A stretch of 64,000 bases of DNA from Eledone cirrhosa (lineage: Eukaryota): positions 438,650,001 to 438,714,000 of the forward strand of contig OZ024740.1 in the NCBI GenBank assembly GCA_964016885.1. Direction: 5' to 3'. Of this stretch, positions 13,430-26,614 are shown piece by piece (position 1 is the stretch's first letter; every line of letters starts with the position of its first letter). Below the pieces are notes generated by a model. The model did not search any database. It was not told the origin of the DNA and worked only from the letters and a program-made list of their open reading frames with translations. The translations under genes were made by a program, and so were the position numbers.

Positions 13430-16044
13430 GTGAAAAATGGAACGGGAACAAAACAGAGAGGCAGTACAAACAAAGGTTTATTAGTTTCACGCTCTTAAGG
13501 GTTGGGGGGGGGGGGCGTTTCGGGCATAAGCCATTCTTCAGGAGAAAAGTGGGTTGGAAGAGAGTTCCGAGGGTGTGTGGGGGAGTGGTGGAGAGACATT
13601 TAGAAAAAAGGGTGAGAGAGGAAAGGGAGGAAAACGGTGGAAGGGGTGCAAATCAAAATAAAAATAAACATGAAGATAAACAAGTGGTGGAAGGCCGTGG
13701 GGCGTGTAGGGGTGGTGGCGGGTGGAGTGGGGAGAGGGAGGAGGGGTGTCCGAGCGGGGAGGGCTGAAGGTGGTGTTTGTGTCTGTGTGTAGGTGTACGT
13801 GTGTGTGTATGTGAATGTGAGAGTTGGGGGAAGAACGAGGTTCCATGCTCAGGAAAAGGTGTGTGTGTGGGGGGTGGGGTGTAGGTCGGTGTGTTTGTGT
13901 GTGTGGATGGGGAGGGGTCAGAGGGGTGGGGAGGGTGTGTGGGGATTCTGGAGGCTGAGTGTGTATATATGTGGGGGCACGCAGTGCGTGTTGGTGTTTA
14001 TACGTTTTGTGGATGTAGGTGGCGTGGTTCGAAAAAAACATTGTGAGTGTATGTCCGTGGGTAAGTTCCTAAGGTAGTTCCGTAGAGAATGTGAAGAGTG
14101 CCGGATATTTTCCATGTTATGGAGTGGATAGTTGGAACGATGGCCTGTGGTGTGTAATCCGTTGGTTGTGGTGGTCGGAAGTGGGGAGATGTGGGGTGCG
14201 CACGCAACAGGAAGGGGTCAGAGGGTCAAGGCAGGATTAAGGTAGAGGAGAATGACAGATGGAGAGGACTGTGTGTCTGTGTGTGCGGAGAAGTGGTCAG
14301 AGAGTCAAGGCAGGAGAAGGCATAGCAGCAGTAGGGGAGAATGGCAGGTGGAGAACGTCAGTGTGTCTGTTTGTGCGGAGAGCGGTGGACAGGGGAGAGG
14401 ATGGGTATGTGTGAAAGGTGGAGTGATGAGGGGATCATGTGGGAGGATGGGGTGTGTATTAGTAGAGGTGTTAGAGGGATGTGTGTGTGTGTGAAGGGGT
14501 GTGGGGGACGGTGGAGGGAGTGTAGTGTTCAGGTGTGTGTGTGCGTGTTCGGATGAGTGTGTGTGTGTGATGAAAGGGGTGTTAATGGGTGTTAGTATAT
14601 TGGTGGTGGGTAAAGGGTTGAATGCGGATGTGTTAGTGGGGGCCAGTGGTGGTAGGGTGTGTAGAGTGGGTGGTGTAAGTGGGTGTGGGTGTGGGTGTGT
14701 GTGGGAAGGTGTGTGTTCGTGTGCGTGAGGTCGGGGGGATGTTAGTGGTATTAGTTGTGGGGTGGTTGGAGTGGATGTGTGGGTGAGCGTTAGTGGTGGT
14801 AGTAGAGTGTGTGGATAGTGTGAGTGCGTGTATATATGTACAGGTGGGTGTGTGCGTGATAGGGGTGGTGGTGGTAGGTTAGTATTGTTAGATGGGAGAG
14901 GGTGGCTGGGTTGGGGGTGTTAGTATTGTTAGTTGTGGAGTGGGCCAAGGAGGTGGGTGGTGAAAAGGAGGAGTGTGTTAGTGGGGTGGGGGGTCGAAGG
15001 CTAAAGGAATAGAAAGAGGGGAGTTCAGGCCGGGGGGAGTGTGGGTCTGTAGGGTGAAGATGGTGCGTTGTTTGACCGTGAGGCGAGTGGCGGGTGTTCC
15101 GTGGCATTGGAGTAGGCCACAAACTGTGAGGTGGTGGGCGGAATGTCCAGGGGAGCCAAAATGGCGGGCGATGGTGAGTGAGTGTGCGCTGGCGTGGGGT
15201 GAGGGTGGTGGAGCGGTGGACAGCACGGGCGCGAGTGAGGGCGGTGTGGACGAGGGAGGGGGGGTTACCTCTGCGGATGAAATGTCTGACTATGCGAAAG
15301 GGCCTGGGACTCAAAGTCAGTATCTCGGCTGTAGAGGCGGCGGATCCTGAGGAGGGCTAGGATGGAGTCAAGAAAGGCGGAGATGAGTTCGGTAGGGCAG
15401 TTGCAAGCGGAGTCAATGGGGCGGTCGGGGTTGTCGGGTTTGTGGAGTTTGGGGAGGAAGTAGGTAGTAGGGGTGCGGGGGGTGCGGACAATGAGGTGGG
15501 AAGCGGTGGGAGGGAGGAGGAGACAAAGTGTTGGATGGTGGAGGAAACTTGTTGGTAGAGGGGTGTGGTGTCGGAGGGTAGAGGGTGGTAGAAGAGGGGG
15601 TTGCGGAGCTGCCTGGGGGCTTCTGCCGTGTAGAGATCATCGCGCCACACCACCACGGCGCCTCCCTTGTCCGCCGGTTTGATGACGATGTCATCTCGGC
15701 TACGGATGGAGCGGAGAGCGAGGAGTTCGCCCCGTGAGATGTTATGCCGTTTAGACCGGTGGCGGAAGTCGAAGCGATTTAATGCGCTACGACAGGCGTC
15801 GACGAACGCGTCCAGAGTGCTAACTTGCCCTGGGGCCGGCGTCGAAGACGATGGTCGTCGGCCCAGGGCGAGGAACGGGTCTGGGAAAGTGAAGGAATCG
15901 AACAGGCGAAGGGGTAGGGGTGTGGTGTGTTTGGGATGGGGGGTGGCTGTGTGTGGGGTCATAGGGATGGGTCGTGGGGGGGGGGAAGGGTGGTAGGGAG
16001 GAGTGAGTGTAGCTTAAGGGCTTTGGTGGAGGTGAGGAAGGAGA

Positions 16045-16045
<1 letters not shown>
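13430..16045 (-). mobile_element. Decayed, internally deleted Penelope-like element (Neptune-like)
   Basis: RT N-terminal motif NISRGELLALRSIRSRDDIVIKPADKGGAVVVW and LPKLHKP..RPI, thumb FIRRGNPPSLV, and endonuclease C-terminus IARHFGSPGHS...IFTLQTHTPPGLN. The RT catalytic core and GIY-YIG signature are missing. Long C/A-rich 3' region. Confidence 0.85.
13516..13544 (-). ncRNA. Disrupted hammerhead motif
   Basis: Minus strand reads CTC-CTGAAGA-A-TGGC TTAT GCCC-GAAACG, followed by a poly-C run replacing the cleavage triplet. Confidence 0.55.
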
Positions 16046-16112
<67 letters not shown>

Positions 16113-16226
16113 GTTAGAATATGTGTAATAAGGCCAAGACAATGCAGATATGGACATAGAAAAAAGAATGCAATAGTGAGAGATATTGATGAGAATTCGT
16201 CTTTCACCTTGAATTTATTTAAATGT

Positions 16227-16261
16227 CCTTAATTTTCGAGATAATATCTCTTCTTCGGAGG
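16227..16261 (-). ncRNA. Minimal type I hammerhead-like motif (family B)
   Basis: Identical to 8234-8268 despite diverged flanking UTR. Confidence 0.65.
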
Positions 16262-16644
16262 GAAGTAAAAGTCTCAGACCAGCGTCTTAAATTTCCAATG
16301 AAGCCATGCTGACCGGAAATAGTATAGAGTTCTAACTTTAATATCAAAGAATTAAAATTAGGTGGGTAAAGAGTAGTCTCCCTTTAAGAGGGGTTTGTTT
16401 ATGTTTTTGTTGTGTTTTTTTAAATTTTATATGCGTGCCTGTATATGTGTGTGGGAGAAAGCATGAAGGTGTAGGTATGTGGGTGTGTGTGTGTGAGTGT
16501 GGGAAGATAGGTCTAATCGTAAAAGTGGGGGGTAGGTGTTATCTGGTGTTAGAACTGGTTTTGTGTGTGTATGTGTGAGAGAGAATAAGTGGAGGTGTGC
16601 GCGTGCGTGTGTGTGGGGTGTGTAAAGTGGGGCTAGAGGCCCTA

Positions 16645-18100
16645 TCAGGTTATAAATTGGGTGTTGAGCTCTAGTCTATTATTGATTGGTGGATGTGTTC
16701 TATCTATAATGAGTGCTTCCTTGATTCTAAGATTGCCGAGGTTTCTTTCCTTAGTTTCTATCCTAACTGTTATGTTTTTATCAGTGTTTTTGCATTTAAC
16801 TACGTGTTTCTTAAATGAGGAAGCGTTAGTATTGAGGTGTTCTTTTATTCTTATGTGGAGTGGTCTGGTGGTGCTACCTACGTAGAAGTTGTTGCATTTG
16901 TCACACTCTAGTCTGTAAACTACGTAAGCCTGGTGGCATAGGTCTGTGTCGTTGATGGGGCAGTTGGCTAGTCTGCAGCAGTTGTCATGTCTGGTGGAGT
17001 GTCTCTTAGCTAGCCGTCCACGCAAAGAAGGACCCGAATGGGCCAGTTGAATATCCAGACCTTCTCGTCTGATGGCTCTGCGGATGGCTGTTGTTGTTTC
17101 TTCACTGAAGTGTGGGAGCTTCAGGAAGCAAGTGTTAGTGCCTCGGGTGTGGTGTCCTCTGTTCTTTCTGGCACGGTTTGTGGTAGATGTCGTGTATCCG
17201 TTCAGTTTGAGTACTTCCAGGAAATGTGTGGTGTGTGTTTCTCGGTCTCTACTGTCGGTGCATTTGTTCCGGATACGTGTTAGTTCGTTCCTTATGTATC
17301 CGAACTTAGCGCCGGCTGGGAGGGCCGATCTGAAATGTACGAACAGGTCCCTGCTGGCGGATTTTTTATAGAAGCAGGTGTGGATGTTGCCTTCCTCTGT
17401 TACCCTGAGTTGCAAGTCCAGCAGGGAGGGATCCGCGGTCATCGGGGTGTTCTATGCTGAACTTTATACTGGCGTCCATGCTGGAGAATGTTGTGTATAT
17501 TTTCTCTGCCTCCTCACGGGATGATGTAAGGATGAGTATGTCATCTACATATCGGGTGAAGAAGGCATGGGAATGGCAGGTGTTGAGGGCTCGGCATTCT
17601 AGTTGGTTCATGTAAGTGATGGCCAGCAGGCCCGATAGGCTGGATCCCATGGGTAATCCTGTTGTCTGTCTGTATGTGTGGTGGTGGAAGGTGAAGTACG
17701 TGTTGTCTACTGTGAAGGACAAAAGTTGGTGTATGTCCGTCGGGTGGAGGCCGTAGCAGTGGATGTTCTCCGCGACCACGCAGTCCGTCAATAAATCGAC
17801 AGCTGGGTGAGCGGGGACTGTAGTGTAGAGGGAGACAACGTCGAGGCTAAAAGCGTATTTATTAAGTTTAAGTTGTTCTGGCTGGAGTTGGTGTAATCTA
17901 CGTATAACTTCGTCGGAGCTACTGACATGTCCGGGGAAGGTGGAGAGTAGAGGCTTGAGGACCTGGGAGAGAAGCCAGGAAATTTTGTATAGGGGTCCTT
18001 CTATGCTAGAGACGATGGGTCTTATATGCGTCTTAGTGCTATTCTTGTGGGTCTTGATGAGGTGGTAGAAAGTGGGCAGTCTGCTATTTCTAGTGGTATA
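16645..18100 (-). pseudogene. PLE reverse transcriptase-GIY-YIG polyprotein, one frameshift near 17425
   Basis: RT motifs PTFYHLIKTHK..RPIVSS..SLDVVSLYT..GLPMGSSLS..RYVDD. Cys-rich linker CCRLANCP..LCHQ. Endonuclease VVYRLECDKCNNFYVGSTTRPLHIRIKEH..KEALII..IN. Confidence 0.95.
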
Positions 18101-18110
18101 ACCTCCTCCT

Positions 18111-18145
<35 letters not shown>

Positions 18146-18339
18146 TAAGCGTGTGTGAGAGGGACGGAAATGGGGAGTATAAGAAAATAAATAGCTAACA
18201 GGAAGAAGAGGAAGAAGATAGAATCATTTTATATTTCCATCTCCTCAGAAATAACAAGAGCTGTGTTGAAAATCTTTGATTATTTACAACGTTCAATACA
18301 TTATCAACAAAAACTGTGGTGAAATAAAAAATATTGCGT

Positions 18340-18762
18340 GTGTGTGTGTTAAGGTGCAGGGCTAAGCGATTACAATTGAGAGGTTGTGGGTTCAATTCCC
18401 AGACAGGGCGATGCGTTATCTCCGTGAGTAAGAAACTTTGTATCACGTTGTTCCAATTTATTCAGCTGTAAAAATATGTTGTGATGTCACTGGTGCTAGG
18501 CTGTATTGGCCATTGATTTTCCTTTGAAAACATCATATCTCATGTATATCTAGTGTATATATAATGTATATATATGAGTTGTGATGTCACTGGTGCCAAG
18601 TTGCATTGGTCATTGCCTTCTCTTGGGCAATATCGGTGGTGTGGAGAGGGGAGGTTGGTATGTATGGGTGACAGCTGGTCTTCCACAAAAACACCTTGCC
18701 AGGACTATCTAAATACAAATACCATGGTCATTCGTGACGGTTGAGAGTCTTTACCATTTAAC
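18340..18762 (+). mobile_element. tRNA-derived SINE, diverged, with internal duplication
   Basis: B box GGTTCAATTCC followed by a SINE-type body. GTTGTGATGTCACTGGTGC is duplicated at about 18478 and 18578. Confidence 0.7.
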
Positions 18763-18811
18763 GCGCCCCCTTCTCTCTCTCTCTCATATATATATATATT
18801 TATATATATAT

Positions 18812-18964
18812 ATTTCGTTTCTGAATTTGTTTAGCAAGATTCTTTATCTGAAATCATGTGTTGAAACCGATATTGTTATACTTTGGGAGGGTCATGTTGC
18901 CAATAAGAAACACCTACCTCTGGTGCGTGTGTTTCTTATTGGCAACATGACCCTCCCAAAGTAT

Positions 18965-18970
<6 letters not shown>
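18812..18970. mobile_element. Family C fold-back element, short copy
   Basis: Same tail and same arm terminus as 8857-9315. Arms of about 42 bp. No HHR. Confidence 0.85.
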
Positions 18971-19009
<39 letters not shown>

Positions 19010-19090
19010 TATATTTCTTTATTTGCCACAAGAGCGCACAAGAAAAGAGGACAATACAAAGACATGCCGGGTATTTCACATACAGTCGTG
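19010..19090 (-). mobile_element. Tiny 3' end of an L1/Tx1-type LINE
   Basis: TTGTGGCAAATAAAGAAATATATCTAT matches the 3' ends at 19110 and 24825. Confidence 0.7.
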
Positions 19091-19339
19091 TAAATATAGA
19101 TAGATATATTTCTTTATTCGCCACGAGGGCGTAAAAGATGGGGACAAATACAATGGGAGGAGTTTACATACATAAAATTCTTGTAAAAAATATAACAATG
19201 AAAAAATAAAACACTCGAAATCCCCAATAGGGGGGAGGCGTTACAAAATGTGCAACCCAAATGCGAGAAAATGTGCAACCCTCCTCTCCAGGAGCACGAA
19301 GAGCGAGTGCTCCTTCCTCTCTTCCTCCTCTTCCTCAAC

Positions 19340-22300
19340 CTACAGGTTTATATAGAGAGAAGGGCCAATCACTTGGGCCATCCTTCCCACATTCACCCAC
19401 CTTTCGTAAAATTTGCTGGGGTGCAGCACCTCTCTCTCCAGTTTGATTCTTCTTTTAAAATGATATTTAAAGAAGCGAACCAGTTGTTCGCCGTAGAGAA
19501 AGGTGTCTGACCTCAGCCCTTTCAACCTCGTCCACCATAGTAATTACACAGAGGAAAAACGCCTCTCCCCTCGTTTTTGAAGGAGAGTGGCGGTTTGATC
19601 GTAATAATGGACCCGGTGGTCAACCGAATTGGTCCCACCAGCGACAGTAGTCGTTCTACGTAGCTCCACAGGTCGGTAACGCCCGGACAGTGTACCAATG
19701 CGTGTGCGACGGTTTCCTCGTCTCGCACGTATCTCGGACAGATCTTTTTCGAGGGGTCCATGCCCGGGGGCCCGTGTCTGTAGAGCTTGTCTCGAACGGG
19801 TAGAGCTCTTCGGTAGTACTACCAGGCCAGACTCTTTTGGAAGTTATCCATTGGTCCCGGGCAGAAGGTCCTACCGAACAGACTGGCCAGTTCATCCACC
19901 TCCATGCCTAGAGTTTCTCCGAGAGCACCATCGCACTTGCTGCGGACCAACCCTCTATAGAATGACGAAGTGGAGTCTCCACTGATTGCCGGGTCCCTTT
20001 GCCAGAGGACCGTGAGCGCCTGAGCACATTCAATGTGCCAGTCACCCATTTTCCTCGTTTTTTGCTTGACCCAGGACTGCAGTTCGGTCAGTGAGACGAG
20101 TGTGGGAAGGCTCGCCTCACGAACGGGGACCACACCGGTTAATCGGTGAGGAATACGTGGAGTTGCCACAGCCTGAGTGCGTGTTTGCGCATCGTCAGCC
20201 ACGTCATCGTCAGCCCTCCGTTTGAAGGGTGTTGACAGCAGATGGATCTTCTCACCACCAAAGGAACCCGCTTCTTCCAAAGGAATTGGAAGAGCACCCG
20301 CTCCATTCTGGTGAGCGTTTTACTTGGACAAGGCACGACGGTCAGGCAGTAGTAGATGACAGACGCTATGAAAGCGTTCTCCACCTCCGCTCGACCTTTC
20401 AAGGATAGTTTGAACTCAGCCCACTTCTGGGCGAGCGCAAACACCTTGACCGCCACCTCGTTCCAGTTTTTCTCCACCTGGAGGTCCGGTCCGAACCAGA
20501 CCCCGAGCAGCTTCACCGGTCCCTCCGCCCAGCGTCTGACGACGCCGTCGGAAGGCATCGGTTTGCCTCTCCACGATCCGAGCTGCAAACCGACTGACTT
20601 GTCCCGGTTCAGCTTCGCTCCTGTGAACCTTTCGTAATCCTCCAGTTAAGGTGCTGACCTCCCCGATTTGCGAGGTGCTTGACACCATTACTGTCACGTC
20701 ATCGGCGTAGGCCGACACCGCTTTTTGCAGTTCCTGTTCCAACGGGATGCACTGTAGTCGCTCCAACTTCCGCAGTAGTGGCTCCAGAGCCAGTACATAC
20801 AGAAGGGAGGAGAGAGGGCATCCCATTTGGATGAAACGCGTGATTTGGAACGGCTCCGAGAGGTAGCCGTTTACCTTGACCCTTGAGCAGATGTTGCTGC
20901 TGTGCATTGCAGCAATCCAGCTCCTGAATACGGGTCCCAAGCCTGCTGTTGCGAGCACCGCATCCCGGTAACGATGGTCAACCCTATCGCACGCCTTAGA
21001 TTGATCCATGTTGATCAGGGCCCCACCAAAGCCAGGTTCATACCCTACGATGTATCGCATAAGGTGGAGGTTGTCGTGTATGGACCTGGACGGGATTGCG
21101 CATGTCTGCGCTTCTCCCACCAGGTTCCCGACGACAAGCGCCAACCTCTTTGCTAACACCTTGGCCAACATCTGTAACTCTGTATTTAGCAGAGTTATGG
21201 GCCTGAAGTTACCCATGTGGTCCCCTTGTTCTCGTCCTCCCTGACTAGCGTGACTACGCCCTTGGTCACAGAATTGGGAATTCTCCCGTTCTGCTGCCAG
21301 TTGCAGTAGACTGCTTCGAGGAATTCGGAGAACAAGTCCGGCATTGCTACGTAAAACTCGTAGGGTAGACCATCGAGACCCGGAGATTTGCGTTTGCCGC
21401 AGTGGCTCAGCGCGTCCCCTATCTCAGCGGCTGAAATCGGCCTTTCGCAGAACTTCGTCGCCCCGTCCGAGAGTCGTGGCAGGCCGTCGAGCTATGGACC
21501 GAAATCCATAGTCTCTCCCGGCGCGCCAACCCTCCCGAACAGCTGTGCAAAGTGCCGCTGAAAGGCCACGCACATCCGCTCCGGTTCAAGTATCACACGT
21601 CCATCTTGGTCCTTCAAAGACCGAATCGTGGACTTGTTTTCACTTTTCGCCTCTGTCACTCGGGCCCAGCTAACAGCTTTGGCTCCCTCGTTTCCTAGAG
21701 AACGTGTTTTACTCCTGACAACGAGGCCTTCGTACTTTGCGTCGAAGAATGGTCTAAGGCCGTTCTTGTCGCTAGCAGGTTAGCTACGTTGCCACTCCTA
21801 ATCGCCTCTTCTACATTATCTACTAGTTCTTTTTCAGTCATATTCCTATCTAACGCTAGTTCCTTACTAAAGCCTATCGATTTTAATCTAATTGCTCTCT
21901 TGAGAGATCCACACCACCTGTTGTTGACAATTACCCCTGTGAACTGCTGCTTAACTAAAGTGCTAATCTGTCTACTGTAAGCTTTGCATGTCGGCAACGA
22001 CAAGTTCAGCTTCCAGTAGCCGGGTCCCTGTCTATGGGTTCTATAAAGGTTGACTATGCATGTCTCTAGTTTGTGATCTGAATAGGCAACCATGAACATG
22101 TGTGGACAGCTTAACATGTCCCTGTCACTACCTCTAACTAGAAACCTATCTAGGTACGATCTAGATGTCCCGCTGAGGTTGGTCAACGTCCACAGTGGCA
22201 CAGTCGGAAAATCTAGTCGGTATCTATCGGCCAGTTGAAATCGGCCGATTAATTGTTTGAGGCAGTTACGCCCCTCTATCGGGACATGCTCCTACATAGT

Positions 22301-22751
22301 CCCAACGTGCATCTAGGATTCCACTCCAGTCCCCCACTAAAAGCAAGGAGCGGGACGTTCCCAGAAAAGTCTTCAGACGTTTGAAGATGTCTGGCCGCGA
22401 TGTCCCGGAAGGGGCATATACGGCCACCAGCCTGAAGGCTCCCCCTTCACTAGTGTCGACATCTAGGACCACCAGTCGACTCTCCGAGTCCAGATGTACC
22501 GTCTGTGTTACGAGGGCCAGATGTTTCCGTAGCAAAACGGCAACCCCGCCACCACCTCCCGGCTGACAGAGAGATGCGTAGATCTCAAACTCGTCTAAGA
22601 TGGGGTCCAGTTGCCACTCGCTGTGGATCCTGCACTCTCAAATGGCTACTACATCCATACTGCTCGACCTGAGGTCGTTTAAGAGTTTGCCCTGTTTCCA
22701 GGGCAACCCCAGGCCACATACATTCACACATCCATCTCTTATATTGGCCAT
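19340..22751 (-). pseudogene. LINE ORF2: APE endonuclease, RT and C-terminal Cys/His domain, with multiple frameshifts and stops
   Basis: GCVNVCGL, VAVYAP, LVGDW, SYLDRFLV, SDHK, GPGYWKLN, SPGLDGLPYEFY, FRPITLLN, GCPLS, AYADDVT, CPRY..EETVAHALVHCP. Confidence 0.93.
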
Positions 22752-22813
22752 GTTGGTGCTGAAAAGTTAAAAGAAGAGGAAAAGAGATCACTTACTTCTT
22801 CGTCTCCTGGGGA

Positions 22814-24618
22814 TCAGGCTGCACAATTTCCACGGGGTTGTTGGAGGGGTTGTTTGGTGGGGGGGTTCTGGCGGGGTGGGGACGGAGATGTTTGGTTGGG
22901 AGAGGGCGTCTGGTGGGGTGGGTGTGTGTGTGTGGGGGGGAGACATTTTAACAGGACTCGGTTGTAAGGTTTGACACAGGGTTTGCTTACGTCGTTTGGA
23001 AAGTTTTCTTTTAAATGTTTGTATATATCTATCGGGATCCTAATCATCTTAAGAGTAGGTTTTTCCCACGAGTAGGTAAAAGTTTTCCTTTCGGTTTCCA
23101 CCGAGGGTCTTTGGTTATAACCTGCATTAAAGTTTTATTGTCTGTGTTTATATATGTGTACTGATTTTGTTGTGTAGTGTTAGTTTTTGTGTGTGTTTTC
23201 TCTTTGTTGTGGGTGTTTTGTTTTCAGGAGGGGGGGGGGTTGTGAAGTTGTTGTTGTTAGTGTTGGTGGTTGTGTGTTTGTTATCTTTTTGTTCGTGTTA
23301 TGTCTCTTTTTTTTCTTTTTGCGCGGAGGGGTTCCCCCTCATCATCACTGTGTGATGATGAGAGGGCCTCATCCGTTGTGGCATCTGTGTGATTGGGGAG
23401 GGGTACATTTTCGGGAGCTGTTATGCGTGTGGGTGTTTTGGGAGTTGATTTGGGTGGGGAGGGGTTGGGTCAGACTGTGTTTGGTGTTGTTATTTTTGCG
23501 TGTAGTTGTTGTTGTGGTGGTGGTTGTGGTTGTGGTTTTGTTGTTGTTTTCGGGGTTGGCAGAAGGGCCTTTTTTTGACTCGTTAATTGAGGACAGGAAG
23601 CCCTGAGGTGAACCCTGCTTAAGTAGTGGTAACATGACGGCCGCCTACCCTCAACCGAAATGTTTATGTAGGTTAGCCCGTCCAGAGGCACACGTTGTTG
23701 GATTCTAGCTATTCGTTCTGGGCTCATTTGAACCAGAACTTCTACGCTAGTCCCAGTAAATACACCTCTGGAGGACTTTCCTACTTAGATTATTCTGTCT
23801 TCATCAAAATCAATGAATCCACATAGTATCCATCAAATATTTACATTTGGTGTGATACTCATAATTTTTATTTTTTGTGTCCTTTTTCCCTTGTATGTGG
23901 GGATAAAGGTGAAAAGGGGGGACACAATGGGTGATACAGCATATTTTTGTGGCGTTGGTTGGTCGTTCATTAGCACCGAAATGCTACCAAACAGTTTTCC
24001 TCTTTGGATGAAGGTTATGTCCTTCATTGCATCTTTTAGAACCAGCTCAGTTTCATTTTGTGATAATTGAGCTGGTCTTCTAGTTGCGTTTGCTATTGTC
24101 CTGAAAACCACAATTTTCAGGACAGTTTCTCTACGTAATACCTGGGGAGAATTGATGCTAAAAGCACCGTTATGTCCAAAAGTTACGTATTGTTTTGCAT
24201 CTTGGTGTAGCTGTTTTGCGTTAGAGATGTCAATTGGAGTGTATAGTTCTGTTTTTTTTTACCGTTTGTGCGAACGACGTTTTGGTGTTGTCTTTCTTGT
24301 TGCTGTTGTTGTTGTCATTGTTGTTGATGTTGTTCATATTTTCCTTGGTGTTGGTGTTGTTATTGTTGCAGTTGTTGGTTGTGGTGTTATTGTCATTGTT
24401 CTTGTTGTTGGTGCTCGATTATTTACCGGGTTTGGTTCCGTGTTTGCAATATTTTGTATCATGTTAACGTTTACAACGTTTTTCGATAAGGCGAGTGGGG
24501 AAGGCTGCAAGCTTTGTACGCTTACCTTCCCTCCACCACTTTTCTTAGTGGGCGTGGCACTCACTACAGTGTGAGAGGTTGCAATGGCATCCATTACTAA
24601 ATAACAAGTATATAACAC
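22814..24618 (-). pseudogene. LINE ORF1 remnant with degenerate zinc knuckle
   Basis: Fragmented ORFs upstream of ORF2. EGRRPSCYHYLSRVHLRASCP resembles CX2CX4HX4C. Thr/Pro low-complexity tracts. Confidence 0.7.
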
Positions 24619-24821
24619 AAATTTTTCAGATGAAAATTTCGCCCCAAGAAGGGGCGAAAATTAGTTAACCCAACGTCTGAAGGCCCAGACGAGGGGTTAA
24701 ACTAAACAATAATAACAAATTCAACAATAAACTCACAGTTTTTTGTACAATAATCCGTAAAAATTCCGGAGCGAAGTAATACACGTCTACCAATCACGAA
24801 GATAGATAGATATATATAGAT

Positions 24822-25890
24822 AACTTTCTTTTTATTTGCCACCAGGGCATCAAAAGTGGGACAAGTACAAAGGGGGGAGTTTACATGCAAAGGCGTCCTC
24901 AATATGGAGGAGGCAATAACAAGATATAAAAGTAAAAAAAAAAATAAAATATAACAAAATAAATTTTGTAACAAAATCCTCAATAGGGAGGAGGCGCCTT
25001 GGGCGGTCGCACACACCCCGGAAAAAAAGTGTGCAACCCTTCTCCTCAGGAGCACAGAGAGGGGGTGCTCCCTTGGTCTTTCATCTTCCTCACCTATAGT
25101 CTGATGTAGAGTGAAAGCCCATTCAGACGGGCCATTCTCGCCACTTTCACCCATCTCTTATAAAAACGGCTGGGGTGCAGCTCCTCTCTCTCCATCCTGA
25201 TCCTTCTTCCGAAATGATATCGGAAGAAACGGACCAGTTGTTGGCCAGAGAGAAAGGTGTTTGACCTCAGTCCTTTCAGACGCGTCCCCCATACAACCTC
25301 TTTCGCCATGGCATTACGCACAGAAACACCGCCTCTCCTTCGTTTTTGAAAAGGGGAGGCAGCTTGATCGTTACAATAGACTCGGTGGTCAACCGGATCG
25401 CTCCCACCCTTGACAGCAGTTGTTCGACATAGCCCTACAGATCGGCAATGTCCGAGCAGTGTACCAAAGCGTGTGCAACGGTTTCCTCGTCGCACACGCA
25501 TCTGGGACAGATCTTTTTCGAGGGGTCCCTACCCGGCGCCCGTGTCTGTATAGCCTTTCTCGAACGGGCAGAGCCCCTCGGTAGCACTGCCAGGCCAGGG
25601 ACTTCTGGAAGTTATCCATGGGTCCCGGGCTGAATGTCCTACCGAAAAGGTTGTCCAGTTCGTCTTCCTCCATGCCTAGGGCTTCTCCGAGGGCGTCGTC
25701 GCACCTGCAAACCACCAGCCCTCTATAGAATGACGAGGTGGATTCTCCACTGACAGCCGGGTCCGCCTGCTAGAGAGCCGTGAGCCCCTGGGCACACTCG
25801 GTGTGCCAGGCGCCCAGTTTTCTCGGTCTTTGCTTGACCCAGGATTGCAGCTCGGTGAGTAAGACGAGTCTGGGAAAGGCTCGCCTCACA
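24822..25890 (-). mobile_element. 5'-truncated second L1/Tx1 copy (ORF2 C-terminus plus 3' UTR)
   Basis: Homologous to 19110-20120 (PGPMDNFQKSLAW, GQQLVRFFRYH). Confidence 0.9.
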
Positions 25891-26274
25891 ATCGTACTTG
25901 CCAATAGTACCATGCAACCCATTATGACCTGCTTTATGAACCCTGATCTGGTGAATAAGTTAAGTGGAGCAGCACAAGACCTTTGATGGTGTCGAATTGA
26001 GGGATTCGTTAGATGAAAGACTTGAAGTATTTCTTCCGGCTCTCTCCGCTAAGAGTTCATATCCTGCAGAGGTCAAGTTCGCCTCTCGGATTCGATAAAT
26101 AAAGCGAAAATCAAATTCTGCGGCGAGTCTCCTTCTCCCCACCACTCTCTCTCTTTATCTATGTCTGCCTCTTTCTCTCTCTGTGTCTTTCTCTCTGTCT
26201 GCCTCTCTCTCTCTCTCTCACTCTGTCACACACTCTCTCTCTGTTGCCTGTAAGTGGAGAAATCTTGGTAATTG

Positions 26275-26408
26275 TAGCTTTACCTTTCATCCTTACGGTG
26301 TCTATAAAATAAAGTACCAGTAATGCACTGGGGTCAATTTAATCGACTTCCCCCCCTCCAAAATTATTAAGTTTGTGTCTAAATCAGTATCAATTATTAT
26401 TATTATTG
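26275..26408 (+). mobile_element. SINE 3' fragment (octopus-type family)
   Basis: CCTTTCATCCTTACGG..ATAAAATAAAGTACCAGT..(ATT)n tail. Matches 27077-27290. Confidence 0.8.
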
Positions 26409-26614
26409 TTGTTCCCTTCATTTCTTATCAAGTAGACCTACTATTAAATGTATTCTAATCGATATCTTTCTATTTTTTCTCGATACCTGAACCTAGGACC
26501 ACAGTAAGTTATCACTGGTGAGACATTTAACTACTCTTTCTAGCTTGTCTTGTTACTTGGTAGGGCCTTTCGTTGGCCCCTAATTATTGTTTTTATGCCA
26601 TTATCGTGTCCTTA

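Larger units (their letters stand above)
16108..18110 (-). mobile_element. Penelope-like element family B, copy 2 (5'-truncated)
   Basis: RT plus GIY-YIG coding region, then a 3' UTR with HHR ending in (TA)n. Confidence 0.95.
19110..24801 (-). mobile_element. Full-length decayed L1/Tx1-clade non-LTR retrotransposon
   Basis: ORF1 and ORF2 remnants, 3' AATAAA, and a perfect flanking repeat ATAGATAGATATAT at 19096-19109 and 24802-24815 (target-site duplication). Confidence 0.92.

Noticed and set aside
13549-16232. Plus-strand Gly/Val/Arg-rich ORFs
   Set aside because: Antisense shadows of the C-rich decayed PLE.
25890-26145. Unique segment next to the truncated LINE
   Set aside because: No motif recognised. 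Left unannotated.
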